Assembly (NCBI GenBank): GCA_944383925.1
Contig: CALWRM010000157.1
Coordinates: 1-63,263, forward strand
Length of the DNA: 63,263 bases
Source of the DNA: an uncultured Clostridia bacterium
GTDB taxonomy: Bacteria > Bacillota > Clostridia > Christensenellales > UBA1750
Direction of reading: 5' to 3'
The translations under genes and the position numbers were made by a program. The notes beneath the pieces are model-generated. The model was given only the letters and a program-made list of their open reading frames with translations. It ran no database searches and had not been told where the DNA came from. Shown here in pieces: positions 38,870 through 47,359 of the stretch (position 1 is the first letter of the stretch; every line of letters starts with the position of its first letter).

Positions 38870-40864
38870 ATGGGCGCCATTCGCCTGCTGGACGAGCTGA
38901 CCGCCAACCGGATTGCCGCCGGCGAGGTGGTGGAAAGGCCCGCTTCCGTGGCCAAGGAGCTGATGGAAAACTCCCTGGACGCGGGCGCGACGGCCATCAC
39001 CTTGGAAATTCGCGACGGGGGAATCTCCTATCTGCGCGTGACCGACAATGGCAGCGGCATCGCGGAGGAGGATTGCCGCCTGGCCTTTGAGAGACATGCC
39101 ACCTCCAAGATTCGCTCCGGCGACGATCTGACGCGGATCCAAAGCCTGGGCTTTCGCGGGGAAGCCTTGCCCTCCATCGCCTCCGTTTCCAAGGTGGAGC
39201 TGACCACGAGGGTGAAGGAGGCGGATAGTGGCGTGCGCCTGCTCCTATCCGCCGGACAGATCGAGGATGTGCGCGCGGCCGGCTGCCCATACGGCACCAG
39301 CTTCGTGGTGAAAGACCTGTTCTTCAACACGCCGGCCAGGCGGAAATTTCTCAAAAAGCCCGCCGTAGAGGCCGGATACGTGGCGGATGTGGCGGCCCAC
39401 CTTGCCCTTGGCAGGCCGGACATCGCCCTGCGCTTTGTCCACAACGGGAAGACCGTGTACCAGACCACGGGCAACGGGGATTTGCGCGCGGCGGTCTACC
39501 GCCTGTACGACAAGGAGCTGGCCGCGGCCCTGCAGCCCGTCCAGGGGAGCCAGGGCTCCGTTTCCGTGGAGGGCCTGGTGGGCGTCGGGCCCGTGGCCAG
39601 CCGCGGCAACCGCAACCACGAATACTTCTTCCTCAACGGGCGCTATATCCGCTCCCAGGTGCTTAGCCAAGCCCTGGAGGCGGCGGTGGCCGAGCGGGTG
39701 ATGATCGGCAAGTTCCCCTTCTGCGTGCTGAACATCCAGGTGCCCTTGGAGAGCGTGGATGTCAACGTGCACCCCTCCAAGCTGGAGGTCCGTTTCAAGG
39801 ACGATTTCCCCATACGGGAAAACCTGCTGGAGATCCTGCAAACCTCCTTTCCGGCAGCCAGGGCCGAGGGGCGGCATCGCTTCATCCAGCCCGCGGAGCA
39901 GCTGCCCCTCAGCCTGCCCCGCCGCCAAGAGGCCGCGCCGCCCGATCAAGCGCGTTCCGGCTACCCGGAGACGCCTGCCGGACCGAGCTCTACGGCCGTT
40001 TCGCCGGCGACGCCTGCGGCCCGGCCACGCCCCGCGCTGCGGGACGGCGGAGAATTGCCCCTATCCGCGCTGTTGCCAAAGGAGGGGAAAACGCCTGCCG
40101 TTCCGCCAAGGGCGGCGGAGGACGCCCCCGCCGCGATGCCGGAGAAAGCGCCCGCTCCGGCTGAGGATACCAGCCCGGCCGCCCCGGCCGGCCGGCCGGA
40201 CATGGCGCCCAAGCCCCCCATCCGGCCGGCCGGCGCGCCTGGCGCCGGGGAGGCGGCGGAGCCCGACGGCCGCTCCGTGCTGCGCGAGGCCCTACGCCCC
40301 CGGGTGATCGGCCAGCTGTTCGGCACCTACCTGCTGGCCGAAAGGGGGGAGGAGATGCTGATCATCGACCAGCACGCGGCCCACGAGCGCATCCTCTACG
40401 AGGGCTTCAAGAAAAGCCTGGGGACGGAGGGCCTATCCCAACCCCTGTTAACGCCCTATCTGTTTCACGTCAACCCTCGGGAGGAGGCCCTGCTCTTTGA
40501 ACAGTTGGAGCAGCTGCGCTCCCTGGGCTTTGAGATAGAGAGCTTTGGTCCCAGAACCTTTCGGGTGCTGGCGGTTCCCCAGATCTTGGGAGAGCCGATG
40601 GTGCAAGGGTTTGTGGGGGAACTGCTGGACAGCCTCGAGGAACTATCGCACCTGCGCGAGTTGGACCTGAAGAGGGATCGCTTGGTGCTCCTGTCTTGCC
40701 ACAAGGCCATCAAGGCGGGCGATCAGCTCAGCAAGCAGGAATTGGAGGATCTCCTGACCCTCATCGAGGAGGAAGCCATCCCCTTGACCTGCCCCCATGG
40801 CAGGCCCGTCCTGATGAAAATGACCAAGCGCGAGCTGGAAAGGAAGTTTAAGCGCATCCAATGA
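38870..40864 (+). CDS. mutL: DNA mismatch repair protein MutL
   Basis: GHKL ATPase N-terminus (IAAGEVVERPASVAKELMENSLDAGA), a Pro/Ala-rich linker, and a C-terminal dimerisation domain (DQHAAHERI...CPHGRP). Confidence 0.95.
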   Translation: MGAIRLLDELTANRIAAGEVVERPASVAKELMENSLDAGATAITLEIRDGGISYLRVTDNGSGIAEEDCRLAFERHATSKIRSGDDLTRIQSLGFRGEALPSIASVSKVELTTRVKEADSGVRLLLSAGQIEDVRAAGCPYGTSFVVKDLFFNTPARRKFLKKPAVEAGYVADVAAHLALGRPDIALRFVHNGKTVYQTTGNGDLRAAVYRLYDKELAAALQPVQGSQGSVSVEGLVGVGPVASRGNRNHEYFFLNGRYIRSQVLSQALEAAVAERVMIGKFPFCVLNIQVPLESVDVNVHPSKLEVRFKDDFPIRENLLEILQTSFPAARAEGRHRFIQPAEQLPLSLPRRQEAAPPDQARSGYPETPAGPSSTAVSPATPAARPRPALRDGGELPLSALLPKEGKTPAVPPRAAEDAPAAMPEKAPAPAEDTSPAAPAGRPDMAPKPPIRPAGAPGAGEAAEPDGRSVLREALRPRVIGQLFGTYLLAERGEEMLIIDQHAAHERILYEGFKKSLGTEGLSQPLLTPYLFHVNPREEALLFEQLEQLRSLGFEIESFGPRTFRVLAVPQILGEPMVQGFVGELLDSLEELSHLRELDLKRDRLVLLSCHKAIKAGDQLSKQELEDLLTLIEEEAIPLTCPHGRPVLMKMTKRELERKFKRIQ

Positions 40865-41808
40865 GCGATAGGCAGAGAATTCTGGTGTTGACCGGGCCGA
40901 CCGCGACGGGAAAAACCGCCTTGGGCGTTCGCTTGGCGCAGGCCATGAACGGCGAGGTGGTTTCCGCCGACTCCATGCAGCTCTATCGGGGCATGGACAT
41001 CGGAACGGCCAAACCCACCGTGCAGGAAATGCAGGGAATTGCGCACCACCTCATCGATAGCCTGGATCCTTGGCAGAGCTATTCCGTGGCTTTGTATCGG
41101 CAGGACGCGGGCGAGGCCATCCGCCAGATCGCCGCGCGGGGCAAGCTGCCCATCGTGGTGGGGGGAACGGGGCTCTACATCCACTCCCTGCTCTACGACA
41201 TGCGCTTTACCTCGGCCGCTTCGGATCCGGCGGTGCGAAAGAAATGGGAGGATTTTGCCGCAGCCAACGGGCCGGAGGCGTTGCATCGGGAATTGGCCCA
41301 GCGCGACCCGTCTTCGGCCGCCCGCCTGCATTGGAACAACCAGCGCAGGGTGGTGCGCGCCCTGGAGGTGTACGAGCTAACGGGAACGCCCATGTCCAGC
41401 CAGGCGGACGCCCAAGGGGGCCGTGCCGCAGGCGAGTACGACGCGAAGGTGTACGGGCTGACGATGGAGCGGCCGGCGCTGTACGCCCGGGTGGAGCAAA
41501 GGGTGGATAGGATGATGGAGGCCGGCCTGCTGGAGGAGACGAGAAGGCTGTTGCGCGCCGGCCTTTCGCCAGACAGCCAGAGCATGCAGGCCATCGGCTA
41601 CAAGGAGCTGGTGCTGTACCTGACGGAGCGGTGTTCCCTGTCCGAGGCGGTGGAGCTGCTGAAGAGAAACACCCGGCGCTATGCCAAGCGCCAGCTTACC
41701 TGGTTTCGCGCCATGCCGGAAATCCTTTGGCACGATGTCGGCGTGGAGGGGCAGGAGGAAATCTTTGCAAAAATACGCGGCCATTTCCTAGGCAATGACC
41801 GCGTATGA
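40861..41808 (+). CDS. miaA: tRNA dimethylallyltransferase
   Basis: P-loop GPTATGKT, DSMQLYRGMDIGTAKP, and HHLID. Its start overlaps the mutL stop (ATGA). Confidence 0.95.
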   Translation: MSDRQRILVLTGPTATGKTALGVRLAQAMNGEVVSADSMQLYRGMDIGTAKPTVQEMQGIAHHLIDSLDPWQSYSVALYRQDAGEAIRQIAARGKLPIVVGGTGLYIHSLLYDMRFTSAASDPAVRKKWEDFAAANGPEALHRELAQRDPSSAARLHWNNQRRVVRALEVYELTGTPMSSQADAQGGRAAGEYDAKVYGLTMERPALYARVEQRVDRMMEAGLLEETRRLLRAGLSPDSQSMQAIGYKELVLYLTERCSLSEAVELLKRNTRRYAKRQLTWFRAMPEILWHDVGVEGQEEIFAKIRGHFLGNDRV

Positions 41809-41845
41809 TGGTATACTATATCCCAGATAAACAAAAAGAAAGAAG

Positions 41846-42109
41846 GTGTTTTCATTGGGTAAAAGCGCGGCCGGACTTCAGGACATTATCCTCAACGGCA
41901 CCCGTAAGGATCGTATTCCCGTCACCCTGCACCTGATGAACGGCGTTCCGCTCAAGGGCATCATCCGCGGCTTTGATCCCTTCGTCGTTTTGCTGGAAAG
42001 CGACGGGAAGCAGCAGATGATCTATAAGCATGCCATCTCTACGGTGACGCCCCTGCGCCCCGTGCAATACAACGGCCAGGAAGAGGACGAAGAGGAGGCT
42101 GAAAAATAG
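41846..42109 (+). CDS. hfq: RNA chaperone Hfq
   Basis: Sm1/Sm2 motifs ([42 protein letters not shown]) and an acidic tail [13 protein letters not shown] 41855 is a plausible alternative start. Confidence 0.9.
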   Translation: MFSLGKSAAGLQDIILNGTRKDRIPVTLHLMNGVPLKGIIRGFDPFVVLLESDGKQQMIYKHAISTVTPLRPVQYNGQEEDEEEAEK

Positions 42110-42114
42110 GCCTC

Positions 42115-43359
42115 ATGGAGCAGAAAGACATCGCCAGGCTCTTCGACCAGGCGGAGGAAGAGCTGGCCCCCACGTTTGCCAAACTCGACGCCATCGAGCG
42201 CAAGAACCTTGCCCGCGTATTGGATGCCTTTCGTGCGCAGCGCATCGCTGCGCATCATTTTTCCGGTACGAGCGGTTATGGATACGACGACATCGGCCGG
42301 GATGCGCTGGAGAAGGTGTTCGCCCAGGTCTTTGGGGCCCAGGACGCCCTCGTGCGTCCCTCCATCGCCTCCGGCACCCACGCCCTGGCCGTCTGCCTCT
42401 GCGGCCTGCTTAGGCCGGGACAGACGCTGCTGGCCGTCACCGGCAGGCCCTACGACACGCTGGAGAGCGTCATCGGCCTCAACCCCAACGAGCACGGCCA
42501 GGGAAGCCTGAAGGACCTTGGCGTCGGGTATGCGCAGGTTGAGCTAAACGGCGCCCAGATCGATTTTGCGGCCCTGGAAACGGCTCTGCAGGATAAAACG
42601 GTGAAGCTTTGCCACCTGCAGCGCTCTAGAGGGTATGCTTGGAGGGCCGCGCTGAGCGTGGAGCAAATTGGCCAAGCCGCGGCCTTCATCCACGAAAGGC
42701 GGCCGGACGTGGCCGTGATGGTGGACAACTGCTACGGAGAGTTCGTGGAGGAGAGGGAACCCTGCCATGTGGGCGCCGACATCGTGGCCGGCTCGCTCAT
42801 CAAGAATCCGGGCGGCGGCATCGCGCCAACGGGCGGCTATATCGCCGGCAGGGCCGATTTGATCGAGCGCTGTGCCTATCGGCTGACCTCACCGGGCATC
42901 GGCCGGGAGGTTGGCTCCTATGCGGCCGGCTATGGTCCCTTTTACCAGGGTCTGTTCCTGGCGCCCCATGTGGTGGCGCAGGCCGTTCGCGGTTCCGCCT
43001 TGGCGGGGGCCGTGTTCGAAAAGCTGGGGTACGCCGTATCCCCCGGTCCAAAAGACCGGCGCAGCGACATCATCCAGGCCATCCGTTTCGAAAAGGAGGA
43101 GGCTCTGGTGCGCTTCTGCCAGGCCATCCAGTATGCCTCGCCCGTGGACAGCTATGTAACCCCGGAACCCTGGGCCATGCCCGGCTACCAGGACAAGGTC
43201 ATCATGGCGGCCGGGACCTTTGTGGCGGGCGCTTCCATAGAGCTCAGCGCCGACGCGCCCATTCGCCCGCCCTATATCGGCTACCTCCAGGGCGGTTTGA
43301 GCTACACCCATGTGCGCTTGGCCCTGCAGGAAGCCGTGGAACGGATTATGCGCACCTGA
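42115..43359 (+). CDS. ynbB: PLP-dependent Met_gamma_lyase-family protein (aluminium-resistance protein / YnbB-like)
   Basis: 414 aa. GTSGYGYDDIGRD...ALVRP.I.SGTHAL and IKNPGGG patterns are typical of this family. It is commonly found after miaA-hfq in Firmicutes. Confidence 0.8.
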   Translation: MEQKDIARLFDQAEEELAPTFAKLDAIERKNLARVLDAFRAQRIAAHHFSGTSGYGYDDIGRDALEKVFAQVFGAQDALVRPSIASGTHALAVCLCGLLRPGQTLLAVTGRPYDTLESVIGLNPNEHGQGSLKDLGVGYAQVELNGAQIDFAALETALQDKTVKLCHLQRSRGYAWRAALSVEQIGQAAAFIHERRPDVAVMVDNCYGEFVEEREPCHVGADIVAGSLIKNPGGGIAPTGGYIAGRADLIERCAYRLTSPGIGREVGSYAAGYGPFYQGLFLAPHVVAQAVRGSALAGAVFEKLGYAVSPGPKDRRSDIIQAIRFEKEEALVRFCQAIQYASPVDSYVTPEPWAMPGYQDKVIMAAGTFVAGASIELSADAPIRPPYIGYLQGGLSYTHVRLALQEAVERIMRT

Positions 43360-43383
43360 TGCGTCTGGGAAGGAGGATGCGCA

Positions 43384-43563
43384 ATGCCTGAGGAAAAGGA
43401 ATGTGTGCTATACGACCGCCTCTGCATCCGTTGCGGAGAATGCGACCGCTGCGACCTGGATCCAAACAAGATCTGCGACAACTGTGGTAAATGCATCGAT
43501 AGCGGCGAGGAGTATGCGAAGCTGCCCATCGATGCCGTTCTTCTGGAAGAGGAACAGTCGTAG
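43384..43563 (+). CDS. Unlisted small ORF: 59-aa protein with 8 Cys and an acidic tail
   Basis: My translation is MPEEKECVLYDRLCIRCGECDRCDLDPNKICDNCGKCIDSGEEYAKLPIDAVLLEEEQS. GGAGG (43372-43376) lies 7 nt upstream of the ATG, and a strong terminator follows. It is below the 60-aa cutoff of the ORF track. Confidence 0.55.
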   Translation: MPEEKECVLYDRLCIRCGECDRCDLDPNKICDNCGKCIDSGEEYAKLPIDAVLLEEEQS

Positions 43564-43581
43564 GCCTGAAAAGAACGCAAG

Positions 43582-43625
43582 GCGCCCCCTTGCGCCGGTG
43601 CCGGCGCGAGGGGGCGCTTGTTTTC
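43582..43625. terminator. Bidirectional intrinsic terminator between convergent genes
   Basis: 17-nt arms GCGCCCCCTTGCGCCGG / CCGGCGCGAGGGGGCGC with one G-U pair. It is followed by TTGTTTTC on the plus strand and CTTGCGTTCTTTTC on the minus strand. Confidence 0.7.
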
Positions 43626-43653
43626 ATCGCCTTTTGCGGGGAAGGGGAGGAGA

Positions 43654-44649
43654 CTACCTGCGGCCGGCGCCGCCGCCGCGGAAGCTGCCGCCCCCGCCGG
43701 AACGGCCACCGCCAAAGCCGCCACCTCCGCCGAAACGGCCGCCGCCAAAGCCGCCGCCAAAGCTGCCGCCGCCGAAATGGCCACCGCCGAAACCACCGCC
43801 AGAATGGCCGCCAAACCCACCGAAACCGCCGCCCCTTGGGGGCCTGGGAGGCCTAGGAGGCCTGGGCGGCCTTGGAAGATGCGGCCCAAAGAACCCGCCG
43901 AAAAAGGGTGGCCTAGGGGCATGGTAACGTCGTACAGGCCGGAAGGGCCGGGTGACGGCGGAAATCACCACGCCAATGACGAGCAGAATGCCCACGACCA
44001 CGATGAGGATGAGCACAAACGACACACCTCCCAACGAGAAGCCCTGCCTGGCTGGCACTTCCTGTGGAAACACCTCCGGCAGCTGGTCGGTGACACCGGT
44101 TTGGGGAAGGGTTTCCGCTTCCTGAGAAGAGCCGTCCAACAGCACACCATAATAGGAGCCGACCAATTCCGCAAGACGGTCAAACACCTTGCGGACGCCG
44201 GCGTTATAATCGCCTGCGGCAAAATCCGGTTCCAGATACTCGTAAAGAACGTCGCTCAGCAGGCCGCTGCTCAAATAGCTTTCCAGGCCTCGTCCTTGGG
44301 TGGCATAGTAGTCCTGGGCGCCGGTGACCAATAGGAGCAGAAGGCCGTTGTCCTTCTCCGCCGAGCCGATGCCCCATTCATTGGCCAGGGTCGTGGCATA
44401 ATCCTCGATTTCGGCAGAGCCGATGAAATCCACGGCCACCACGCAAATCTGTGCGCCGCAAGCGGAATTGAGCTGATCGTTGACCTGAACGATATGGCTT
44501 TCCGTGTCCGTTTCCAACACGTCCGCATAATCGGCCACGTAAAACTGCTCCGTCGGCTCCACCACCTCCAGGGCAAGCCCGATGCAGGGCAGAACCAGGC
44601 AGCAAAGGGAGATCAGCGCCGCCATGGCGCGGGCGACCCTCTTATTCAT
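43654..44649 (-). CDS. TPM-domain (YgcG-like) membrane protein with a Pro-rich and Gly-rich C-terminal tail
   Basis: Signal peptide, a TPM-like domain (YVADYADVL...ICVVAVDF...GLLLLLV), a TM segment (VSFVLILIVVVGILLVIGVVISAV), and an 87-aa PRPP/GGGF tail. GGAGG lies 7 nt upstream of ATG 44649. Confidence 0.8.
   Translation of the reverse strand: MNKRVARAMAALISLCCLVLPCIGLALEVVEPTEQFYVADYADVLETDTESHIVQVNDQLNSACGAQICVVAVDFIGSAEIEDYATTLANEWGIGSAEKDNGLLLLLVTGAQDYYATQGRGLESYLSSGLLSDVLYEYLEPDFAAGDYNAGVRKVFDRLAELVGSYYGVLLDGSSQEAETLPQTGVTDQLPEVFPQEVPARQGFSLGGVSFVLILIVVVGILLVIGVVISAVTRPFRPVRRYHAPRPPFFGGFFGPHLPRPPRPPRPPRPPRGGGFGGFGGHSGGGFGGGHFGGGSFGGGFGGGRFGGGGGFGGGRSGGGGSFRGGGAGRR
43657..43917 (-). repeat. 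Low-complexity coding repeat (PRPPx4, then GGGF/GGGR units)
   Basis: It encodes PRPPFFGGFFGPHLPRPPRPPRPPRPPRGGGFGGFGGHSGGGFGGGHFGGGSFGGGFGGGRFGGGGGFGGGRSGGGGSFRGGGAGRR. On the plus strand the DNA shows iterated GCCGCC(A/G)AA(A/G)CC units. Confidence 0.85.
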
Positions 44650-44697
44650 GCACATTCCTCCATGTCTTTGGAAACCGCCGCGAGGGGCGCGGCGAGC

Positions 44698-45252
44698 TTA
44701 GCGAAAGTATTCCAGCGGTTCCACGCCGTAGAGCGAGCCGATGAGGCTGGCGGGGAAGGTGGAAAGGGTTTGGTTGAACGCCTGGGCCTGGGCATTGTAG
44801 CCGTCGTGGCCGATGGTTTGTTCCCGGGAAACGAATTCATAGTACTGCTTTTCCAGCAGCCGCTGGTCTTCCTCGCTCAGTCCCATTTCCTCCGCGCGGG
44901 CGTACAACTGCTTGACATCCCGATCCAAGGCCTGGTCCAAGGCGTAGCTTTCCGCAATGCCCACATCCTCGGTCAAGACCGCGTGGTCCTGGCGGATGGC
45001 CTCCAGCAGGGGATCGTCCCGCAGGTTGGAGCGCTGGGCCAGGGTGAGCATGTTGTAGGCGGCGTCCAGGCGCGCATCCAGATCGTGGCGGATGGAAAGC
45101 CCGTCCCCCTCCACGCCGTCGTAGAAGACGCTTTCCGTCTGGGCCCGCTCCTTGGCCAACGCGCTGCCGCCGCTGAGCACGATGACCAGCAGCACGAAGG
45201 GAATCACCAGCCCCAAGGCCAGCGCACGGTTGTATAGGAAGGGCTTCTTCAT
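44698..45252 (-). CDS. lemA: LemA-family protein (divergent)
   Basis: N-terminal TM segment. The C-terminus YNAQAQAFNQTLSTFPASLIGSLYGVEPLEYF matches the LemA signature (YN..I..FP..L.A..FG..P..YF). The start lies 3 nt after the telA stop. Confidence 0.65.
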   Translation of the reverse strand: MKKPFLYNRALALGLVIPFVLLVIVLSGGSALAKERAQTESVFYDGVEGDGLSIRHDLDARLDAAYNMLTLAQRSNLRDDPLLEAIRQDHAVLTEDVGIAESYALDQALDRDVKQLYARAEEMGLSEEDQRLLEKQYYEFVSREQTIGHDGYNAQAQAFNQTLSTFPASLIGSLYGVEPLEYFR

Positions 45253-45255
45253 GGG

Positions 45256-46389
45256 TTAGTTGCGCACCTCCAGCAGCTTGTTGCGCAGTTCGTCCTCGAT
45301 GCGGCGCAGCTCGAGTTCGGCGTCGTGGCGGCGTTGCCGGCCCTCCTGCTGAATGCTGAGAACCTCGTCCAGGGTGGAGATCAGGGTTTGGTTCGCCGCG
45401 GTCAGGGTCTCGATGTCCACGATGCCCCGCTCGGCCTCCTTGGCGGTTTCCACGGTGGTCTGCTTGAGCGCCTCGGCGTTCTTGCGAAGCAGCTGGTTGG
45501 TCATGTCGGTCACGGCCCGCTGGGCCTCCATGGCCGGCTGGGCGTGGGCCATGCCAAGGGCAAGCAGCATTTGGCTCTTCCAAAGGGGAATGGTGTTGAC
45601 CAGCGTGGATTGGATCTTTTCGGCCATGAGCTGGTCGTTGTTTTGGATGAGGCGCAGCTGCGGGGCCATCTGCATGGAGATCGTCCGGGTGAGATCCAGG
45701 TCGTGCAGCTTCTTCTCGAAGCGCTCGCACAGGGCGGCAAAGTCGTTGGCCGCCTGGGCGTCCTCGGGCAGCTTGGAGGCCTGCGCCTTGTCGCGCAGAG
45801 CCTTGAGCTCGCCCTGACGGGCCTTCTCTAAGCACTGCTTGCCGGCCAGAATATACATGGAAAGTTCTTTAAAGTAGACGAGGTTCATCTCGTACATGCG
45901 GTCGTAGGTGGCGATGTCCTTCAGCAGCACGGTCTGGTGCTCTTCCAGCACCTCGCACATCTTGTCCACGTTGACCTCGGCCTTGTCGTACCTCGCCTTC
46001 AGCGAGGCGATCTTGTTTTGGCTGCGCTTAAAGAAGCCGAAGATCCCCTTGTTCTCCTCCTGATCCACGGAAAAGCCCTGCAGCTCCACCACCAAGTCGG
46101 CGATCTGCTGGCCCACCTCGCCCAGGTCCTTCGTGCGCACGTTCTTGAGGGCGCTTTCGGAAAACTGGGCCATGCTTTGCTGGGAGGCGGCGCCGTATTG
46201 CAGCACCATGCTAGAATCGTGCAGATCGATCTTTTCGGCAAATTCCTGCACCATTTTTTCCTCTTCCGGCGTGAGCGCGGGGGCTTCGGGTGCGGAGGAG
46301 GCCTCCTGCACGGGCAGGGAAGGGGCGGGCGTATCCAAATTGGGGGTCAGGGTGAGGCGCGGCGTGGCCTTAGAATCAAAATTGGTCAT
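45256..46389 (-). CDS. telA: Toxic anion resistance protein (TelA/YaaN family)
   Basis: 377 aa. Helical TelA-like sequence (MVLQYGAASQQSMAQFSESALKNVRTKDLGEVG...). Confidence 0.85.
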   Translation of the reverse strand: MTNFDSKATPRLTLTPNLDTPAPSLPVQEASSAPEAPALTPEEEKMVQEFAEKIDLHDSSMVLQYGAASQQSMAQFSESALKNVRTKDLGEVGQQIADLVVELQGFSVDQEENKGIFGFFKRSQNKIASLKARYDKAEVNVDKMCEVLEEHQTVLLKDIATYDRMYEMNLVYFKELSMYILAGKQCLEKARQGELKALRDKAQASKLPEDAQAANDFAALCERFEKKLHDLDLTRTISMQMAPQLRLIQNNDQLMAEKIQSTLVNTIPLWKSQMLLALGMAHAQPAMEAQRAVTDMTNQLLRKNAEALKQTTVETAKEAERGIVDIETLTAANQTLISTLDEVLSIQQEGRQRRHDAELELRRIEDELRNKLLEVRN

Positions 46390-46424
46390 CGGGCATACCC
46401 TCCTTCAAGGTTCTATGGATGGTG

Positions 46425-47045
46425 TTACTTTAGGTTTTCTTGACCGAGCAGGGTGTCCAGCACGTCCAGGTCCGTGGAGATGTCCAGCGCCGTGTCGGCA
46501 TACAGGCTATCCAGCTGCTTTTCAAAAGCGCGGGCCATCTGCTCGGCGTTGTCCTCTATGGCTTGCCGGCTGCGCTGGATGTGGCCCAAGGCCGCCGCCT
46601 CGGGCAGGTCCGCATAGTGGGTCAACAGCTTGACCGTGGTGGGGAGGTAGTAGTTTAAGAACCGGCGGATCAGCCCGATTCGTTCCGGCTTTTCGGCGAC
46701 AGATCGAAGAATGTCCGTGGCGGCCGTCCGCATGCGGACGATCTGGGCGTGCAAGGGGGGCTTTTGAATGCGTTGCTCCAGCGCTTGAAGCGCAAGCAGC
46801 TGCTCCCGGGCCTCGCGCAGCTGCTCGTCCACATCCCGCTGGCCGGAGGAAAACGCCTCCACGGGCGGCTCGACGCGCACGATCTTGTCAGGGATCCACC
46901 TGGCAAGCAGAAGATAGACCGCCGCGCCCAGGACAAGGGAAAGAAGGATGTGCAAGGGCGCATATAGGGGAAACAAGAGGCCGTAAAGCGCCACCGTCAG
47001 ACCCGCAGCGTAGATGGGGACAGCCGAGTGCAGCTTTTTTTCCAA
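46425..47045 (-). CDS. xpaC: 5-bromo-4-chloroindolyl phosphate hydrolysis protein (XpaC family)
   Basis: Two N-terminal TM segments, then an XpaC-like helical domain (RFLNYYLPTTVKLLTHYADL). TTG 47045 lies 10 nt after AAGGAG. The track start, TTG 47078, has no SD. Confidence 0.75.
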   Translation of the reverse strand: MEKKLHSAVPIYAAGLTVALYGLLFPLYAPLHILLSLVLGAAVYLLLARWIPDKIVRVEPPVEAFSSGQRDVDEQLREAREQLLALQALEQRIQKPPLHAQIVRMRTAATDILRSVAEKPERIGLIRRFLNYYLPTTVKLLTHYADLPEAAALGHIQRSRQAIEDNAEQMARAFEKQLDSLYADTALDISTDLDVLDTLLGQENLK

Positions 47046-47099
47046 AGCGTTTTCCGCTCCTTTGCCAGCGCCCGCCAATGGTGGGCTGAGTTTGCATTT

Positions 47100-47128
47100 A
47101 TTTTAGTGAATAACGGTTGCGCCGTCAA
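47100..47128 (-). promoter_or_regulatory. Candidate sigma-A promoter of the xpaC-telA-lemA-TPM operon
   Basis: On the minus strand: TTGACG (47128-47123), a 17-nt spacer, then TAAAAT (47105-47100). Confidence 0.5.
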
Positions 47129-47234
47129 GCAAGCTTGGGGAAGAGATGCAAAAATGCGCATCAATTCCACTCTGGACAGCTTCAAAGCAGCGCTGGTCCT
47201 GCTCGAAGGACATGGAAAAAGGAGGATTTTTATG

Positions 47235-47264
47235 TTGACAAGCCCTTAGGGGTTGTAGTATAAT
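47235..47264 (+). promoter_or_regulatory. Consensus sigma-A promoter of tRNA-Trp
   Basis: TTGACA (47235-47240), an 18-nt spacer, then TATAAT (47259-47264), 20 nt upstream of the tRNA 5' end. Confidence 0.6.
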
Positions 47265-47283
47265 CAGTTTCGCATTCGGACGA

Positions 47284-47358
47284 AGGGGAGTAGCTCAATG
47301 GTAGAGCAATGGTCTCCAAAACCATAGGTTGCGTGTTCGAGTCGCGTCTCCCCTGCCA
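47284..47358 (+). tRNA. trnW: tRNA-Trp (anticodon CCA), with 3' CCA encoded
   Basis: Hand-folded cloverleaf. Acceptor AGGGGAG/CTCCCCT, D stem GCTC/GAGC, anticodon stem ATGGT/ACCAT with loop CTCCAAA, T arm GCGTG-TTCGAGT-CGCGT, discriminator G, then CCA. Confidence 0.9.
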
Positions 47359-47359
47359 C

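Noticed and set aside
43657-43917. Periodic DNA repeats that could be mistaken for a CRISPR-like or tandem-repeat array
   Set aside because: The units are 12-15 nt, degenerate and have no spacers. The whole stretch lies in frame inside a CDS encoding PRPP/GGGF repeats.
43310-43927. 205-aa proline-rich plus-strand ORF (PPKPPPP...)
   Set aside because: It is the reverse-complement reading of the Gly-rich tail of the TPM protein, and it also runs across the bidirectional terminator at 43582-43625.
44837-45835. 332-aa minus-strand alternative-frame ORF overlapping lemA and telA
   Set aside because: It is an Arg/Pro/Gly/Ala-rich out-of-frame reading that spans two real genes and their junction.
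47210-47249. Five-codon ORF (MLTSP) with a perfect AAAGGAGG SD, just before tRNA-Trp
   Set aside because: It is too short to evaluate, and it overlaps the -35 box of the tRNA promoter. This is most likely a chance SD-like purine run.
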